DNA of 64,000 nucleotides. Source: Anthoceros angustus (taxonomy: Eukaryota; Plantae; Anthocerotophyta). The position numbers were made by a program, and so were the translations under genes. The notes beneath the pieces are model-generated. The model searched no databases, was not told where the DNA came from, and worked only from the letters and a program-made list of their open reading frames with translations. Shown here one piece after another: positions 12,934 through 26,470 of the stretch. Position 1 is the stretch's first letter. The number at the start of each line of letters is the position of its first letter. The stretch spans positions 136,369-200,368 of the forward strand of contig MU008178.1 in assembly GCA_010909165.1 (NCBI GenBank). The letters run 5' to 3'.

Positions 12934-14391
12934 TCTGCTTTCAGCTCACAACTGCAATTGTGAGAATTGTCTTGGCCGTGATCCCCTGCACGTAGCTGAG
13001 AACTACTGTGCAAACGTGAGGGAACAGAAACCCAGCTCCAATCATATATAGTGAACAAATTCCTCGAACCATGGCACATCGCTCGGTAGTCTTTATGTAC
13101 ATTTTCTCTAGCATTTGCGTTTACGTATTCCTTGGACCACGGCGCATAGCTAGTCTTTATATGTATATCTTTGCAAGCATTTAATTCATATTCATCCAGT
13201 TATGGTAGATCTATCCAGCCCATTTTTTTTCTTATACTTATATAGCTTACTTTTCTCTCTGATGAGTGTAAAGAGTTACATTGTATATGATTGCAGGTGG
13301 ATTATTCATTAACAAAATATCTAAGATGCTTACCTTTATTCTTACTCTTATATTACTAGTTTCTCTATGTGATGAGTAGGAAAAGTAGCATTGTATATGA
13401 TTGTAGCCCAATGATTCATCAGCAAAATATTGGAGATAGGTAAAGAGTTCAAACTGGGTGACACAATCATCAATTAAGGTGTGTTAGTTGTGCTTCTGTC
13501 CATCCTTGTTTAGAGGGCATCCTAGTTTCAATTTGTGTGCGATCTCGTTGATGAGGAATATATCATATCCTATCCTTGCTATTTTTATTATATATATATA
13601 TAATTATTTACAATACTTTACCTTTCATTTCATCTTTTTGGAAATAATGTTTTGATGTTTTCTGTTCTATTTGCAAGTTATACTCACATCGCACTCTTAA
13701 TTATATTCTTAAATTATATTTCGTTGTTCTCTCAAAATAACATGAACTTGTTTACAGATAAATCAATAATATGTTGTATAAGAAAAATCAATAATATGCT
13801 ATATGTTTCCAGATTTGGAGGAAATGAAATCATGAGAATGATAAAAATAAGAAGAATGTAGTAAGGCATAATTGGACAGTTGACAAATTTAGATCGCGAC
13901 AATGGCTCCCTTATCTAAAAACCAATATGGGAATGGTTGAAAGATTAAGTAGTGTGTGTTATAGAGCATACTAATTGAAGATTAAGTAGCACCAAATCCG
14001 TGGCCCTCAAGGTCTTTTTTTCACACTTTATTGATGTAGACGAGACCACTCAACTCAAGTTGTGACATAAAGACTCTTAATATTATTGATGATATTCAAT
14101 TATTTTTCATATATATGGCTTATATTAAGATATTAATATGATATTTTTCACAAAAATATATGTTAATTTATGTTCAATATAATTATAATACACATTATAA
14201 GGTACTAACAGATTCTGAATGGCGATAGAGATGTTATATATTATGAAAGTCTTACATGTGCAACGGGAACAAAAATATTTCTTGCACTCAAATGTGTACA
14301 TGTTGGTGATCTCATGCACTATTCCATCTCTATTTCAAAGGTCATTCTATCCTCAAATTACTTACAACATGGGATGCGAATATTCCATATT

Positions 14392-17300
14392 TTATTTTGA
14401 TTGTCCAAATGAATTCTCTTGGGAAACTGTAGTAAACAGAAAAGTCGTGAAAAGAAAAATAAAGATGTAATTGATCATGTACCCATGATAAGAAATAGTA
14501 GCATGAAAGACGATTCTACCTTGAACAACATGTTGACGAGCATAATGTGCTTCACAATTTGATGCTTGAGAAAATGGAGAATTAAGCCTCAATGCTTTAT
14601 CATGAGCAAAACATGATGCATGTGATATTTGTGAAAAAGGTGATTGAAGTTGTAATGACTCAACGTGGGTAGAATGACATTGAGAAAATGGAGGTTGGAG
14701 TTGTATTAACTCATTATGGGTAGAATAACATTGAGAAAATGGAGATTGAAGTCGTGTTGACTTATTATGGGTAGAATAACATTGAGAAGATGGAGATTGA
14801 AGTCGCATTGACTCATTATACATAGAATTACATTGAGAAAATGGAGATTGAAGTCGTACTGACTCATTATGAGTAGAATAACATTGAGAAAATGGAGATT
14901 GAAGTCGTACTGACTCATTATGGGTGGAATAACATTGAGAAAATGGAGATTGAAGTCTTAATGATTCATCGCGACCCTGGAATAAATCAGATGTACTAGT
15001 CATCGAGGGAATCTCATGTGCATTTCTAGGATATCTAACACAATATGGTCTTGTCATAGACACGGATTTGCATGGCTCAAAAGGATTAGCATAATTCTCA
15101 CAAGGCTCAAAAGGATTAACATAATTCTCACATCGCTCAAAAGAATTAGCATAATTCCCCTCAATCACAGAAGGAGGAGATTCATACAGATAAGGATACT
15201 TGACATGATTCAACCTTATTATTGAAGGAGCTTCACTAGGGCTAGGATGTCTAATACTACTACTCAACCTAGTCACACAAGAAGTTGGAGCTTCACTAGG
15301 GCTAAGATGTCTAACATTACTCAACCTAGTGATGTTAGTTGGGAATTCACTAGGGCTAAGATGTCTAGCAGTACTTAATCTAGTAATAGCTGAACTTGGA
15401 CAAGATGATGTTTGGTCGAAGCACATTGCTTTACCACTTGTTAAGTTGTTATCTTTACCTCCACTAAATTGATGTTGAAAGGAAAAGTTGTCATATCTAG
15501 TTTGTTGAGATGCTAAATCTAGATGAGACCTTTTACGGCTTCCATTGGTTGAAGGGTTTTGTTCATTTAGCATTGGACTCACCCTTGGAGTTACCCTTGT
15601 TTGAAATACTTTCTTAGCACCATGCAATATATCCTCTTTCTCTTGGGCGATTGTTTTCGCTGCATCTTGCCTCCCCAACTCAATAAACCATACCTATGGC
15701 ATCAAATGAACTAGAAGAATTAGACAAAAATAGGTATACATTTATAATTTGTAGATAGACTATTCCTTACCTCATCAAAGGCTTCGTCAGAGTCCGGATC
15801 GTTTTTAGACACGGGAAGAACAAAGTTTTCTGCAAGTAAAATGATCCATCGTAAGCCAAATATCTAACAATTTAGAGATCTACATGTTAATTGCACCTAA
15901 AGGTTAGTTAAATTTTTTTATGTTATGTAAGTATGTTGCATAGATCTCATCCATTTAACCCAGTAAAATTTTAGTTTTTAGTAAATATATCCATAAATTT
16001 TCAAGCCCTTAACTGATGAATTATGTGTATGATGATAACTTAATACCTTTCATCTTATTCACCTCTTCTTGTGGAACATCCTTTCCCATTTCTAGAAATC
16101 GTTTTTTAGTTCGGTCCTTCAATTCTTGTGGAGGTGGATAGATGACTACTGCTATCTACAATAAAAGCTTGTGAATAATATGTGGAGATGAAGCAAAAAA
16201 AACATTTGCTCACACTTTACAACAGCATATTCTAAGTAGGTTCTCTTAGACTCACTTTTCTATGCATAAAAAATGCTTTGAGCTTTCTCTTTCTAGCACT
16301 TTTATAAACGTTTGTTTGATCAATTATATAATTGTGAGGAATATTTGCTGCTCGTTTCAGAAGGGTATTGAAGACCACAGTGGAGACATCAATTAGTCGA
16401 GCAAACCTTTCCCCATAATTTTTTTTTCTCCCTAGTCCAGGAACCTGAAAAAAAGAAAAGAGAAAGACAAGCATGTTTGATTGGGCAAGTGTGCATTCTA
16501 TAGGGCAAGTGTGTGAACGATAATATGCTCTTGTACATAGTTACCTTCATTTGGTCTAGCACTAGATTTGTTCCTAAGATGACGTAACGTTTCTCAGGAT
16601 GTCTTGCATGCCATTTTTCTGCCCATGTAGTTTTTCCCGCACCGGGGAGCCCTACCATCATCAGCAATTCACAATCTTGTTTGATACTCAATTTGGGACC
16701 ATGCACTCCAAGTCCATCAACAATTGCTTTATCCCAAGGTTGGTAAGTTTGTAAAGGAATAAGACCATCATCAAAACTAAATTGTAATTTGACCACCACA
16801 TTCTTGAGAAGCACATGAGGAAATAGTGCCAATCTCCACGGCAACTTGGGCGAAGAAGGTGGAGCACCTATACCATGCTCCCCAATTGGTACCTCAATAG
16901 CTATTCCCAACCATTTACCATTCTTTGCAAAGCCAATCTTAGCTGACAAGAAGCTTGACATATCAACAGCTACAATAATAGTGTCTCCAATTCCAAACCT
17001 TTCTCCATAGTCTCGAAAATTGCCAGCAGTTGAAAACTTTCCAGTACCCCCATAACCAAAGCTATTTTTGGTTTCTCCTAAGCATCCCACATTTATATCT
17101 CCAGTTGAGACTCCTACCCGACACAAGTTCTTTTGATCATCTTGGGTATCTGGCATATGTACTTCTTGCGAACCTACAACAGTGCATGAGAAACAATAAC
17201 GTCCTCCACGTACAGCAAGATTGGCTCGGGCACCAGACCAACAATAAGCAAACCCCTTTTCATAAAGTGAACTTCCACCTAGTCCACTTTTCCAAATGTC

Positions 17301-17450
17301 AAAATCTGCATAAGCCACAAAAAAGGCTTAGAAGCTAGAAAATATAACACAAAGAAGTTCGATATATAAGTTTTATGTACCAAGATTACAATCTGATTGG
17401 TTGAGAACCACAGAGGACCCTCCTAGAGGATTTTGTGAACTTTTCGCCAT
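14392..17450 (-). CDS. HNRNPUL1: hnRNP U-like protein (SPRY + AAA_33 P-loop) with a long repeat-rich C-terminal extension. Exons ~17450-17381, 17305-16545, 16444-16256, 16155-16047, 15829-15771, 15693-14392.
   Basis: Spliced translation gives VVLNQSDCNL|DFDI...GFAYCWSGARAN (SPRY), MMVGLPGAGKTTWA (Walker A), YVILGTNLVLDQMK|VPGL, NYIIDQTNVY and VWFIEL. All joins are GT-AG and in frame. The end of the last exon is uncertain because of a possible further donor near 14520. Confidence 0.88.
14560..15390 (-). repeat. Three coding tandem-repeat blocks in the last exon of the hnRNP-U-like gene: 51 bp x ~7, 30 bp x 3, ~54-60 bp x ~3.5
   Basis: acattgagaaaatggagattgaagtc recurs every 51 bp (e.g. at 14881 and 14932). 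Peptides: (RLQSPFSQCYSTHNESV)n, (ENYANPFEPC)3 and (TRLSxxRHLSPSExP)n. Confidence 0.9.
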
Positions 17451-19425
17451 AAGTAAACAAGGTAGGTTGTTTTGTGAAAGATTGCAAAGGTTTTACACTC
17501 TACATATGCATATCTTGTGTTGTATCTTTTTGTACAAATTGCATCTATACCACACCACATACTACACTGAGAAAATAAGCCACATCACAACTAAGACTCT
17601 ACTTACCTATACCGAATGTGAATAAAAAGTATTTTGATACTTTATATATCATGTTCATATCAAGAAACTTAAATGAGAGGTTTCTAGATTTTTTATATGT
17701 TTTTAAATGTGGAGAATTTCTAAATATCTAGAGATGGGAAGTCCCATTTACACTGGGACGATGGGATTTTTTAATTATTAAATTTTTTATCTTAAGAAAA
17801 CAATGGTGCATATGAAAAACCCATTATATGCTCTATATGTAGGAAGTAACTATTAAAATATTGTTTTTAGAGAATCTGAGCTTTGTAGAATAGGAAGAAA
17901 CAAGAAGGTGCTCAAAACGAGCTAGATTTCCCATATGGGTGTTTAAAATACTATGTTGTCTTAATACTTTTAAATAATATGACACTAAAATTATTTAAAA
18001 TTTGAATAAATTTATGGTAATCATTAACACAATGTCAGACACCTTACTCTACAGTTTTCTTACATAATTCTTTAGAATTAGCCTTATAAAAGGCTAATCA
18101 AATAACTTTATCAACAATTTCATGTCATGTTATGTGAGGACTATGTTCACTTGACAAGAAACCACTCTACTTTATCACAAATCAAGAATTGCCTCAAGGT
18201 CTCAAGACACAACAATATCTGACAAAGTTTGCCACTTTTTGTCCAATGAAGTTGAGATATGTGTGAACACGTGTTGTATAATCAAGTTGAGATGGGTTTG
18301 AAAGAGTTCGAGAATGTAATGTAGACACAAAATTGAACAAAATGTCACCAATCACAAATAGCGATCCAGATGAGACTTGTAAAAAATATTTCATAAACTA
18401 ATTGATATAATTATATATTAAATAATAAAATAATATTTTGCCTATAATTAATAAATTTCAAGTGAAGTGGTTGTTTCACAAATCCAATGAGGAGTTTTTC
18501 TTTAGTACTCCAAGTAGAGATGGTGTTGCAAGCATCTATGCCTTAGACGCACTCTCCTCAAAAACCATAGTAGAAGTTGTAGCAAATTGTGTGCTAACCA
18601 TGATATACAAAAAGTAATACCATCAATAAAATCTTTATTTTATGATATCTTATTAGAAGTAGGGGATTGGTTTAACCTACCAGTTATTAATTATTTAATA
18701 TTTAGGTTAATCGTGAATGGTCATTACAACACCACCTTAAATATTAGAAACTATTAGAACACTTCTAAAAGGTTGTTCTCCATCATCCTGATGGAGATGG
18801 GATTTATCATCTTTGCATATTTATAAAGTTTTTATGGATGTCTTAAGACTAATTATAAAATTTATATATTAAATATTTTTTTGAAAATATATATAGGTTT
18901 GTATATATTTATTTACGTATAAATATAGACGCGTGGAGGCTATTGCAGACATATATGTACACACACGATACAACATGATGGAGAGAAGCGGGCTCGTGTG
19001 CACCGGTGCGTATGCGACAGATTTGTGAGATTATTGAGACAATGTACAAGCAGAGATAGATATAAATGGTAAGAAAGACGGTAGGTACCGCAGGAATTGA
19101 AGGTCCTTTTGGGTTGGGGCTCCGGCCCTCGCGCTTGCCGCATGCCCCGGTGGTCGCGTGGCGCGTGCCGACTCCCAGCCCAGCCCAGGCTTAGCTGCTC
19201 TGCCTGCTGCGCTGCTGTGCTCCGCGCTGCTGCGCTCGGCTCTGCCCTGCTCTCTCTGTCGTGTTGTGGCCTGCTGCCTGGTCCGAGGATTCCGATTTCG
19301 GTCGGGATCGCGATCCCACTGCCCTCGGCCACTGGCCGCTCCATCGAACTGCGCCCCTTCCTCATGGCAGCACGCTAGGTAGGGGGCCTGCTATCTGTGG
19401 CCCTAGCGCTTCTTGTGTGTCCGCC

Positions 19426-22400
19426 ATGGCAGGTGGATCCAGTGAGCAGAGCTTGCGCAAAGTGCTAGGCGCCATCAAGGACTCCACCACTGTGGGGATC
19501 GCCAAAGTGAACAGCGAGTACAAGGTTATTCCCGGATCTGCCTGCTCCTCCGCCCTCTCGCGGAATTTCAGCGCTCCGCGCAACCCTATGCTGGCACCTC
19601 TGTAGCTTGGCTGTCTCGATCCGTGGCTTGTGCTGCCGGATCTGCAAGCTGCACAGCTGTGTCGTGTTCGGGTGGATCTGGAGTTGCGTTTGCACTTTGT
19701 GGTTCCGGACTCAGGCCCCTGCTTCTCATTTCTCCCTTCTTCTCGTGTGCCAGGATTTGGACATTGCAGTAGTCAAGGCGACCAATCATGTGGAGTGTCC
19801 CCCCAAGGAGAAGCACGTTCGAAGTGAGTGGTGTGGCAAAAGTCGGATTGGCGGTGTCCAACGATTTCTAGGTTTTCGTCAGCTTCATGTGTAGAGGTGA
19901 TCCTGGATGGGCCGGTATTGCGTGCTGGAGATTAAAGTCATGTGTCTGTTGCAGCAATATTCGCAGCAACGTCCGCCTCCAGACCACGAGCTGATGTGGC
20001 TTACTGCATACATGCTCTTGCCAAGAGAATTGCAAAGACTCACACTTGGAGCGTAAGCTGATTGATTCAGTAGTACAGTCTTCAGATTCATGCCCCCGTT
20101 GATGCACAAGCCCACGCCCCTGACGCCGCCTTCTAACTTGCAATGCAGGTTGCTCTGAAGTCAATGATGGTCATTCACCGTACATTGCGAGAAGGAGATC
20201 CCACTTTTAGGGAGGAACTTATCAACTATAGTCGGAATAGGGGACACATACTTAACCTTTCGAATTTCAAGGATGACTCTAGTCCCAACGGTAGAGGATC
20301 TTCTCAAAACTTCTGGATGATTTTAGGTTCTCCTTATCAGTCTTGATGCGGGGGGGTTTGACTACGGCTGCTTCTCCTTTTAGCTTGGGATTACTCTGCC
20401 TGGGTGCGGACTTATGCTCTTTACTTGGAGGAACGCTTGGAATGCTTTCGGGTGCTCAAGTACGATGTGGAGTCTGAGCGCTCATCGGTGAGCTTCACAC
20501 GCCTGCTTGTGTGTATTCTGCTTTTTGAGTTTGTTATGTGACATATCAACTTCTGCTTCCCCAGGGCCACAGCAAGACAAGGGACCTAGATACTGTGGAT
20601 CTTTTGGAGCACTTACCTGCATTGCAGCAGCTTTTGTACCGATTGATCGGTTGTCAGGTGTGTTTTATTGCAAGGACGTTCGAAGATTTCATGAAAGACT
20701 GTTGAGCTTCCGCCCGTAAAGCTTTAAATTTATTAACTATGGGTTTTTGTTGCATCGTGCAGCCGGAAGGAGCAGCTGTCAGCAATTTTGTGATTCAGGC
20801 TGCCTTGGGTTTGGTGGGTAAATTCACATTGATGTTCCCTCTTATCCATGTTGTGCAGGCCACCGATTAGACACAACCTTTTTTACAAATTTCCCAAATT
20901 GAGTATCATGAAAACCGTCTGCTATGATAAAAACAATTTTTTGCTGCAGTCAGATGCACTTCTTGGACCTTTCTAGCAGTACGGCTTATCTCAGGGTGAC
21001 CACACATGTTCAAAGCTGTTGCTGTGATTACAGGTTTTGAAGGAAAGTTTCAAGCTGTACCGGGCAATCAATGACGGTATCATCAACCTTGTGGACAAGG
21101 TGGGAACACTGAAGCTCTGTGTTTGGCCATTAGTGATCGGAGGCCTTATCTGGGTTGATACGGTCCTAACTGCCCTCTTTGTAGTTTTTTGAGATGCAAC
21201 GACATGATGCTATTAAAGCATTGGAGGTCTACAAGCGTGCTGGCCAACAGGTGTGTAAGTGTTGGAGATGGCCAGTTCATCGATTTTTTGAAAAAAATTA
21301 GGTGAATTTCTTAGTGTGGTCCTCCTACTTGAGTTGCCACTACATTTTTATTATGAGCTACCTCTGGTGATAATTGTTGACTTCTTTCTGTTGCAGGCAG
21401 AAAAGCTTTCGGAGTTCTATGAAGTTTGCAAGGGCTTGGATCTTGCTCGGAGTTTCCAGTTCCCCACACTTGAGCAGGTTTGCAGGGAATACAACTGGGA
21501 ATTTATGCTTCAAGAGCCTGCTGCAAGGGTCTGTCCATGTTCTCTGTGTTGAAAGTGTCTTTTTGGTTGAATTGACATAGCCTCCACAATCATTCCTTTC
21601 AACGATGGAAGAGTATGTGAAAGATGCACCACGCATTGCTCCGAGTCCCAGAGAAGCATTGGTACTCAATTTACTCACTGTTATTTGGTCCTTTTTAAAG
21701 CTTTTGATGTTGTAATACTGTGACTGTCCTTCTACCATTTTGAAGTTGCTTGACACTTGTGGGCTGACTACAGGAATATGAGGAGCGTCCAGCTCCTGTG
21801 CGATCTCGAAGAGCTGCATCGCCGGACTCTCAAGATGGTGTTGAGTATCGGGATGCTTCTCCCTCTCGTGGTCCTCCACGGAAGGAAGTTCAACCTCCAC
21901 CCCCGAGCTATGAGAGTGGTGATCTTTTGGTGGGTTGGCTGGCAGACTTTGCACTAACTTTGTTGTTTCGACTGTAAAGTCCCAACCTTCAGAAGTACAG
22001 TAGGTTGTCCTGGGTGATTCCAGGTGAGTCCCACTTAACTTCTGCCGCAAACGGTACAGGGCCTGGGCGATGCTCCCCCTTCCGACCCGTCAACACTTGA
22101 GGATAGTAATGCTCTTGCCCTGGCCATAGTGCCATCAGGTATTGTGCTGTCTGTCCAAAGGATGGAGCTGTTGATGCCGAAGTCTTCCAAACCATAGCTT
22201 GTGTACTGGAGGTAAAGATTTTAACATTTTCATTTGTGTAGGATCCGTGTCGAACGGCTCTGGGGCCCACGACCCAAATGGAGGTTTAGACCTTGCTCAA
22301 GGAGCCACTGGATGGGAGCTTGCGCTTGTCACCAACCCCACCAATGGAAGTGCAGCAAATAACAGCAAACTGGTTTGTATCATATCTTTCATCTTCCCAG

Positions 22401-22982
22401 GGTAGCTTGAGTGGTGTAGCTTGTCTTGTCTAGCAATTTGGGGCCAGTGAAGGTCTTGTCACCTTGAGTCATTTCTGAAAAGCTCTCTATGAAAAAAGGT
22501 TCTTCTATGCTGCTTTTTAAAACAAGTAAGTGTCCATGGATTGTGCTGTGTGGAATTAATCTTCTTTTGTGTCTGAACAGGCTGGCGGATTGGATAAGTT
22601 GACACTGGACAGTTTGTATGATGATGCGTATACTAGGCGCTCACCATACACTACCCCTCCAACCAGTTACAATGCTAATCTGCCTGCACAGAATCCATTC
22701 CAAACAGCCCCAGATCCATTCCATGCTTCTAGTAAGTTTGCCCCCCCTCCCAATGTTCAAATGGCAGCAATGGCTCATCACCAAGCCTTGCTGATGCAGC
22801 AGCAGCAACAGCAGCAACTATTGGGAATGGGACCTCAGGTTGCTGCAAATCCTTTTGCCTCTCCATATGGTATGCCATATCCCTACGCAGCAGGGGTTCC
22901 ACCTCAGATCCCCCCACAGGTTTCTCAACATGGCCAGTATCAAAACAGCAGCAACCCATTTGGCAGTCCAGGGCTCTTATGA
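19426..22982 (+). CDS. ANTH-domain clathrin assembly protein (PICALM/AP180 family, PF07651), multi-exon
   Basis: [108 protein letters not shown], and a Q/P-rich tail. TGA at 22980-22982. Confidence 0.95.
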
Positions 22983-23599
22983 TTTATTTTCCAGGGGAAT
23001 TGCTCCACTGAGATTCAGATTGTTCGGAATAACGGAAGCACATTAGCTAGCGAGGAAAGGACGGCACACTCCGGGGATCTTGAATTCTTGCTGATGTTCC
23101 TTGAATGCATCGACCTGGTGCAGTCAGGCAATCTTGGATGTTCTTCGGGTTGACAGGTTTCTTGTACATCTAATAGGTAGATGGATGAATCGCTGGTAGC
23201 TTGCGGCTGTGAGCAAACGGGACCCTCAGATGGATTGCGTTGAGTGCGTCTGTAGGATGGCGCCAAAATTTGTCTTGGAAAACTTGTATCATACCATATT
23301 TTTTTTAACATGACAGTCGAGAGTGCCGAAACAAGTTTAACCCTAAAACGACCGCGGGGCCTGGCCTATTTTTTGCGGGTAATTTATTAGCCATTGATTT
23401 AAGATGTATTAAGTATTTAATTCAGAGAATCAGATACCGTTAATACGGTTAGCCATCGTTGTGCCGAACCCCTCATTTTAAATTTTACAGACTGGTTAGG
23501 CAGCATATTCTAAATATTTGTTACTTTAGATTAAATATAATTATTATAAATTATATTTAAAATATAAATAGATGGGAGCTCTTCTTACCTGGTCCAAAT

Positions 23600-23890
23600 C
23601 AAGTTGTTGTCCGACCACTTGGGCTGTTTTCCTGTGCCGTCCCCTCTAGTCACACATTGCATTGGCCTTCCTCTAACAATGTCCCGAAGTTCTAGTTAAC
23701 GCTTTTCATTTTTCAGTACCAGACGTCATAATCTTTATCATTGAATCTATCTTTCTCTTTGAAGTTTATCTCCATAATTATGAACCACTGTTGTCCTTGA
23801 CTCTAGTGGGTCTTGATCTTCCTCCTTGTCCTTGTTTTTGTTGATTTCTTCGTCGACGAGTTGTTTTTCATCATCATCCCGTTCAGCCAT
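23600..23890 (-). mobile_element. Degenerate Ty1/Copia gag N-terminal fragment
   Basis: With a frameshift the minus strand reads KDRFNDKDYDVWY*KMKS...LRDIVRG, resembling the Copia gag start at 33958 (KDRFDGTKFEIWAKRMRS). Confidence 0.5.
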
Positions 23891-24879
23891 GGCAAGTGAA
23901 TTTAAAGGCCACGACTAAATGTGCGTGTGTATATTTGGAAAAGTTCATATATGCTGAATTGTCAGCATCCTCTTCAAAAGCATTACTTAGGTGACAAATT
24001 TCTCGAGTTAATAAACCTAAAATGTCCTCAGTAAAGGTTTGTATTTGTTACATATATATGATCTGATGGAATTGATGTTTTGCTGCAGATCATTAGAAAT
24101 ATGAGTTGTACGACTAGCGCTTAGATTATGAATATGTTGAAGAGGTAATTGAATAGATTTAATTTGCAATGGACTAAAAGATGTAAGCAAATTTTGTCTA
24201 ACAAGTTTGATTAGTTTCTCTTGATCATCTAATTTAACCAAATAGATCCATTGAAATTACAAACTTGTCTAGAAACTTCTTCTATTTCTTCAACATGTGA
24301 GTCCAATCTCTTTTGGAGTCTAATCTTGTGCTTATTATATTGTTTCTCGTGTTTTGAAACCTTGAATCTCCTCCAATATCTTTGTCTTCCAAGATTTAAG
24401 GCCACACCTATAATATGAGTACAAAGCGAATAGTATCTCTTGTTATTGATGTGTGAAACATACGAGGTGACCTTCGTCTCAAGAATCCATGGTATATTGG
24501 CAAGTGAGCATGATTAGGTTGGTGCCGAAAGCAACATCTCCTTGATGCATCCATTGCAAATAGATAATCTAGAGTAGAGTATGCATCGAGGAATGGATGC
24601 CTTGGTAAGCAGCAAATGATGTGCTCAAGCATCGAGAGCGAGGTACTCTTATACCATGATGAAAATCACATGCTTGCTCCAATAGTCTCTAGCATTAATT
24701 ATGTTAGAAAAAGCAAGTGTTTATAAAGATTAGGTGGTTATAGGTTTTTGTAACCGATATAGCCAATTAACTACTTAAGTAACTACCTAAGAAAACTACC
24801 TCCAACCCTAAGAATTAATTAATTAGTAATTCTAGGGATTTATAAGTGCCCTAAATAGGTAAGTATTTTATCATCTAGC

Positions 24880-26100
24880 AATGTCAGAGAAAAAGGGGAA
24901 CATCCTACTGTGGCATAAAACTTTCAGGGACACCAACTTGAAGTTTCTCACTGCCATCGAGGAGCATAAGCTTGTGACTGCTGTGCAGCTAACCTTGAAC
25001 ACAAAGCTCAGTGTATGTGACAGGTGTATGAAAGGTAAGCACCCTAGAAAATCAAATGTGCCAGCTCGTAAGAAGGCAAAAGAAGTTCTTAAACTTGTTC
25101 ACTTCGAACTTTGTGGTCCAGTGCAAGTGGCTGCAAGGACGGGAAAGGCGAGATCTTACATCTCCTTTGTTAAAGACTTTAGTAGTACAACAACAATATA
25201 TTTTCTGCAAAACAAGAGTGAAGCCCTCACAACAAGAAGTTCAAGGCCACTATAGAATCGCAAACCGAGAAGAAGCTGGAGGAACTTTTGACCGATGGGA
25301 GAGGAGAATACTTGAGTATGTACTCTCTTCAAGGATGAATGCACAACAAGTGGGACTGAAAGGCAGACCATACACTACACTCCGCACAACATGCTAGGAT
25401 AACTAAGCGAAAGAACCATACTATTTGCAATGCAGTTAATGCATGCTAATTGAAGGGAAGATGCAAAAGGCTTTTTGAGCAGATGGAGTTGCACTAACAG
25501 GATCGGTCGATAACCATGGCGCTTGGTGATTCCACGACACCCCAAAAAGCGTGGTCTTGCAAGAAACCAAATGTCTCACACCTTCGGAATATGGTTGCAT
25601 GTGTAGCTTATATGCACATCCGTAAACAAACCCCGAAGAATTTAGATGACGGAAGCATCAAGAGTATTTTTATTGGCTACACTAGTGAGCGGAAGGCTTA
25701 CAAATTGTGGGATTCAGTCAGCACGCAGGTGCATGAAAGCTTCGACGTTTGTGTTTGATGAGGACAACATAGGAGATTATATTGGCAGCACGGTTGCTTA
25801 TTAGGACCTAGATTTCGAGTTTATCTTGGAATAGCATCTTGTCCAAGACCAGCGAATAAGGACAGAAGAGAATTACCTACCAGTTAATGATGTGGATGCT
25901 TCAATCGGTGCAGTAGCACCCATCTTGCCAAAAGTCAATCCTAGTGCACAAGCTTCCTAGGATGCACGAGAAGAGTAGCAAGCCGAGAGGTTTGAAGCAG
26001 CATCGGAGGACGCAAATTTGAAGAAGAAGAGACTGAAAGACCAGAACCAGTGGCGATTGTATCAAGAACATCGACAAGGATTTGACAACCTTTGCGCAAG
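24880..26100 (+). mobile_element. Degenerate Ty1/Copia integrase region (GAG-pre-integrase, rve core, SH3-like domain)
   Basis: LLWH, CDRCMKGKH, VLKLVHFELCGP, KPNVSHLR..CVAYMHI and IFIGYTSERKAYKLWD, with many stops and frameshifts. Confidence 0.85.
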
Positions 26101-26169
26101 GTAATTGACAATATTCAACTTAATGTGCCCAACTCATGTGAATGGTATTTTGTTGTTTGACGACGACAT

Positions 26170-26470
26170 CCCGAGGAGTGTCTATATGTGTAATGTATAT
26201 TCCCTTGGTGGAGTAATATAAGAATACCCTAATTCTAAGTATATCTTCATACTCTAGCACAAGGGATCGTTGGCCTGTTCCATCTCTCCATCATACCTTT
26301 CAGATCCTCATTCTCCATTGGTTCAGGCTGGACCGTGGTGGATATATACAAGAACTTCACCAACTTGTTATCCCACCAAGACATGGTGACCATGCGATGG
26401 CTCGTGTGCTTCCTCCACACAACCTCACCATGCACCCGGTTCTTCCTCAGTTGTGCTCCGTGATAGTTTT
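26170..26470 (-). mobile_element. piggyBac-like (DDE_Tnp_1_7) transposase remnant
   Basis: GEVVWRKHTSHRMVTMSWWDNKLVKFLYIST, then after frameshifts LVLEY and YYSTK. This matches the WxDxKxVxxLST...EY...YYS pattern of piggyBac transposases, recognised from memory. Confidence 0.55.

Noticed and set aside
14620-14960. 51-bp repeat array as a CRISPR-like locus
   Set aside because: The units are contiguous with no unique spacers, lie in frame in a eukaryotic exon, and no cas genes are present.
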